DNA of 64,000 bases from the human T2T-CHM13v2.0 reference genome, Homo sapiens: the NCBI RefSeq assembly GCF_009914755.1, contig NC_060936.1, one strand, 5' to 3'. Below, in pieces: positions 61,129-64,000 of this stretch (positions are counted from its first letter, which is position 1; every line of letters starts with the position of its first letter). A program made the position numbers and the translations under genes. The notes below the pieces were generated by a model. The model did not search any database, was not told where the DNA came from, and worked only from the letters and a program-made list of their open reading frames with translations.

Positions 61129-61339
61129 TATTATTATTATTTTTAAATTTTACTTTAAGTTCTGCGATACGTGTGCAGAACATGCAGGTTTGTTACATAC
61201 ATTTGTATGTGCCATGGTGGTTTGCTGCACCTATCAACCTGTCATCTAGGTTTTAAGCCCCACATGCATTAGGTTATTTGTCCTAATGCTCTCCCTCCCC
61301 TTGCCCCCAAGCCCCCAACAGGCCCTGGTGTGTGATGTT
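61129..61339 (-). mobile_element. 5'-truncated L1PA (L1PA8-like) 3' end
   Basis: TTTTACTTTAAGTTCTG...GCAGGTTTGTTACATA...CTAGGTTTTAAGCCCCACATGCATTAGG; TTAACTTAT on both flanks. Confidence 0.85.
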
Positions 61340-61864
61340 TAAAATGATTAACTTATAAAGAAACCAAAGTGATCAGCTTTCATATTTATAATTATAGAAA
61401 ACATTAAACTCACATTGCTAAGGGTGTAGTTAAGACTTTCTTCATCTTCAGCTATGTCCTTTTAGGGAACTGAACATTTTTTAATTTTTTATACAAAATT
61501 TAAAAACTCTCCTTATTTAAAATTGATTGACTACCCAAAAATGTGTCTTTCTTTGCTTCCATTCCATGATTTATAAAGAATTAGCTTTAGTACTCTTTTT
61601 AGAGTGTAGGCTGAAAAGGCATTTTATTTTCCACCTCAGAGTAATTTTTAAACCACATCAATTATTTTTCATGTGCAGCCGTTTTTATCCACAAATTATT
61701 GCCTTAGGCATTTTTACTTTACCACACATTTCAGAAGAGAAGGAATGAAGGGGAACCAGCTAATCTACAAATGTTCACCTACAGTAGATCAGGCCAAAAA
61801 AAGGAGAGAAGAATATGACCCAAAGCTTCTTCAGAAATAAGAACTGCTTATTAATAGTCTAATG

Positions 61865-62045
61865 CAGGGGTGTCCAGTCTTTTGGCTTTCCTGAGCCACA
61901 CTGGAAGAAGAAGAAGTGTCTTGCGCCACACATAAAATACACTAACACTAAAGAAAGCTGATGAGCTAAAAAAAAAAAAAGAAAAAGAAAAAGAAAAAAG
62001 CAAAAAAAAAATCTCATAATGTTTTAAGAAAGTTTATGAATTTGT
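61865..62045 (+). mobile_element. MER30 DNA transposon, 3'-truncated
   Basis: CAGGGGTGTCCAGTCTTTTGGCTT...ACACATAAAATACACTAACACTAA...GCTGATGAGCT(A-rich)...TCTCATAATGTTTTAAGAAAGTTTA. Confidence 0.75.
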
Positions 62046-62457
62046 ATCAGATTGTAAGCCTCTTGAGAACAATCTTGGGCTTTATTTATGTTTCCCAGCA
62101 CATAAGTAAACATTTCCCAACAAAATGCATAAATGGTAGGGGATAAAGTAAATTGGGAATCAACTCTTTAGTGATAATTAAATGCAAGGAAAGTAGATTA
62201 TATATTCAGCGTTTACCAAGCTTGGTAAATAAAGCACAAGATTGTTCTCAAGAGGCATACAATCTGATTTGGCATGTAATAATTTGCACATAAAGCAATG
62301 AGAAACTACTATAAGGCAATAAAACATGCTAGAGACCGGGAGACCCAGAAAAAGAAAAAAAAAGCTGGATGGCGACTATGATAAGGTTTGGATATGCTAA
62401 AAAGGGGCAAGAAAGACATTCTCCAAAGGAATACATGAAAGTTTAAAATTAATAAGG

Positions 62458-62706
62458 GGCTGGGCGTGATGGCTCACACCTGTAATCCTAGCACTTTGGG
62501 AGACAGAAGAGGGAGGATCGCTTAAGCTCAGGAGTTGGAGACCAGCCTGGGTGACATACTGAGACCTCGTCTCTACTAAAGATAACAAAAATTAGCCAGG
62601 CATGGTGGCACAAACCTATAGTTCCAGCTACTCAGGAGGCTGAAGTGGGAGGCTCACTCAAGCCCCGAGGCTACAGTAAACTATGATCATGCCATTACAC
62701 TCCAGA
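62458..62706 (+). mobile_element. Alu (AluJ-like), 3'-truncated
   Basis: GGCTGGGCGTGATGGCTCAC...ACACTCCAG with no tail. Confidence 0.85.
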
Positions 62707-63148
62707 AGGAGTGTAATATCTTTTCTGTTTGCTAAAATTATACTGCTTTGGATTCACCCATTTATTTCTATCATGTTTTCTAAGAAGGAGAAAAGGCTAC
62801 AAGATATTGAGATGTTCACCTGTCAATGAAAAGGAGCTATAATTTGGCCCAGAAAGAAAGTCTATTGATCCAAGGAGCAGCTTAGACACAGAGCTGTTTT
62901 CAGTATTACCCAGGTCTCATGCTATCCACCACCAGCAGTCCTCACTGAACTTCCCCCCAAGCTGAATAATTCTAAACTTTAGAAAATGCTAACAATTTTT
63001 AAAGTGTCAAGAAATTATGGTAAAATGAACACTTACATTTGGTACATGATATGAACATATACAAACAAAATATTTTACTACAGAACCATAAATTGATGGA
63101 ATGATCAAATAAGATTATAGAATCATGGCTATAGAAATAGAAATACAA

Positions 63149-63509
<361 letters not shown>

Positions 63510-64000
63510 CTAGAGAAAAACATGGCCATTAAATCAAGTACTTGTGATAACAGTCAAATGATATCAAGTTCTAAAGTCAGAGAGAAATAGTTAAATCAAT
63601 AACTGAAAATTTACAGATTTTATTGGATAAATGGTGAAGTATTTAGTTGTGAAAATATAAACTTTTCTCCAGAGTTAAAATGCCTGAGTACTGACCCTCC
63701 TTTGTTTGTAATTGACAATATCCCTAAGATATTTTCTTAAAGAAAATTATCAGTATCAACATTTTAACTCTGGAGAAAAATATATATATAATGATAATTT
63801 TCTTTAAGAAAACATCCTACGGTTTTTGTCAATTACAAACAAAGAAGGGTTAGCATTCAGGTTCTTTGCCTTAAGGAAACAGAACTCTGAATGTAGAGCT
63901 CTTTATGACTCCAATAAAGGGCATATATTTTTCTGTATCTCCTAGAAAGAGGTGTGGAAGTTTTTGGTGGTTGAAGAATTAGAATCCAAGTTAGATTCTG

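Overview
Primate (human-like) genomic DNA, not microbial. The window covers the 5' end of NTN4 (netrin-4) on the minus strand. The CpG-island promoter and exon 1 lie at ~41.1-42.6 kb (CDS 41413-41467), exon 2 at 38097-38626, intron 2 runs leftward out of the window, and ~22 kb of upstream DNA lies to the right. Intron 2 carries a two-LTR, env-deleted HERV-H provirus (20-6048, TSD GTATT) and a full-length but ORF-disrupted L1PA element (26352-~32476), both antisense to NTN4. The rest is ~19 Alus, solo LTRs (MER57, MER61, THE1, MLT1), DNA transposons (MER20, MER1B, MER30), old L1/L2/MIR fragments and microsatellites. I found no novel protein-coding system. The most notable observations are: an ancient TSD-flanked U6/L1 chimera ~1.8 kb upstream of the promoter; an L1 3' transduction; a strong-Kozak uORF and candidate alternative first exons of NTN4; an L1 antisense promoter pointing down NTN4; a long Alu-tail GAA/GAG tract; and several template-switch-like duplications, including an interlocked A-B-A'-B' inverted repeat. 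Repeat subfamily names are from my recollection of consensus sequences and need RepeatMasker/Dfam confirmation.
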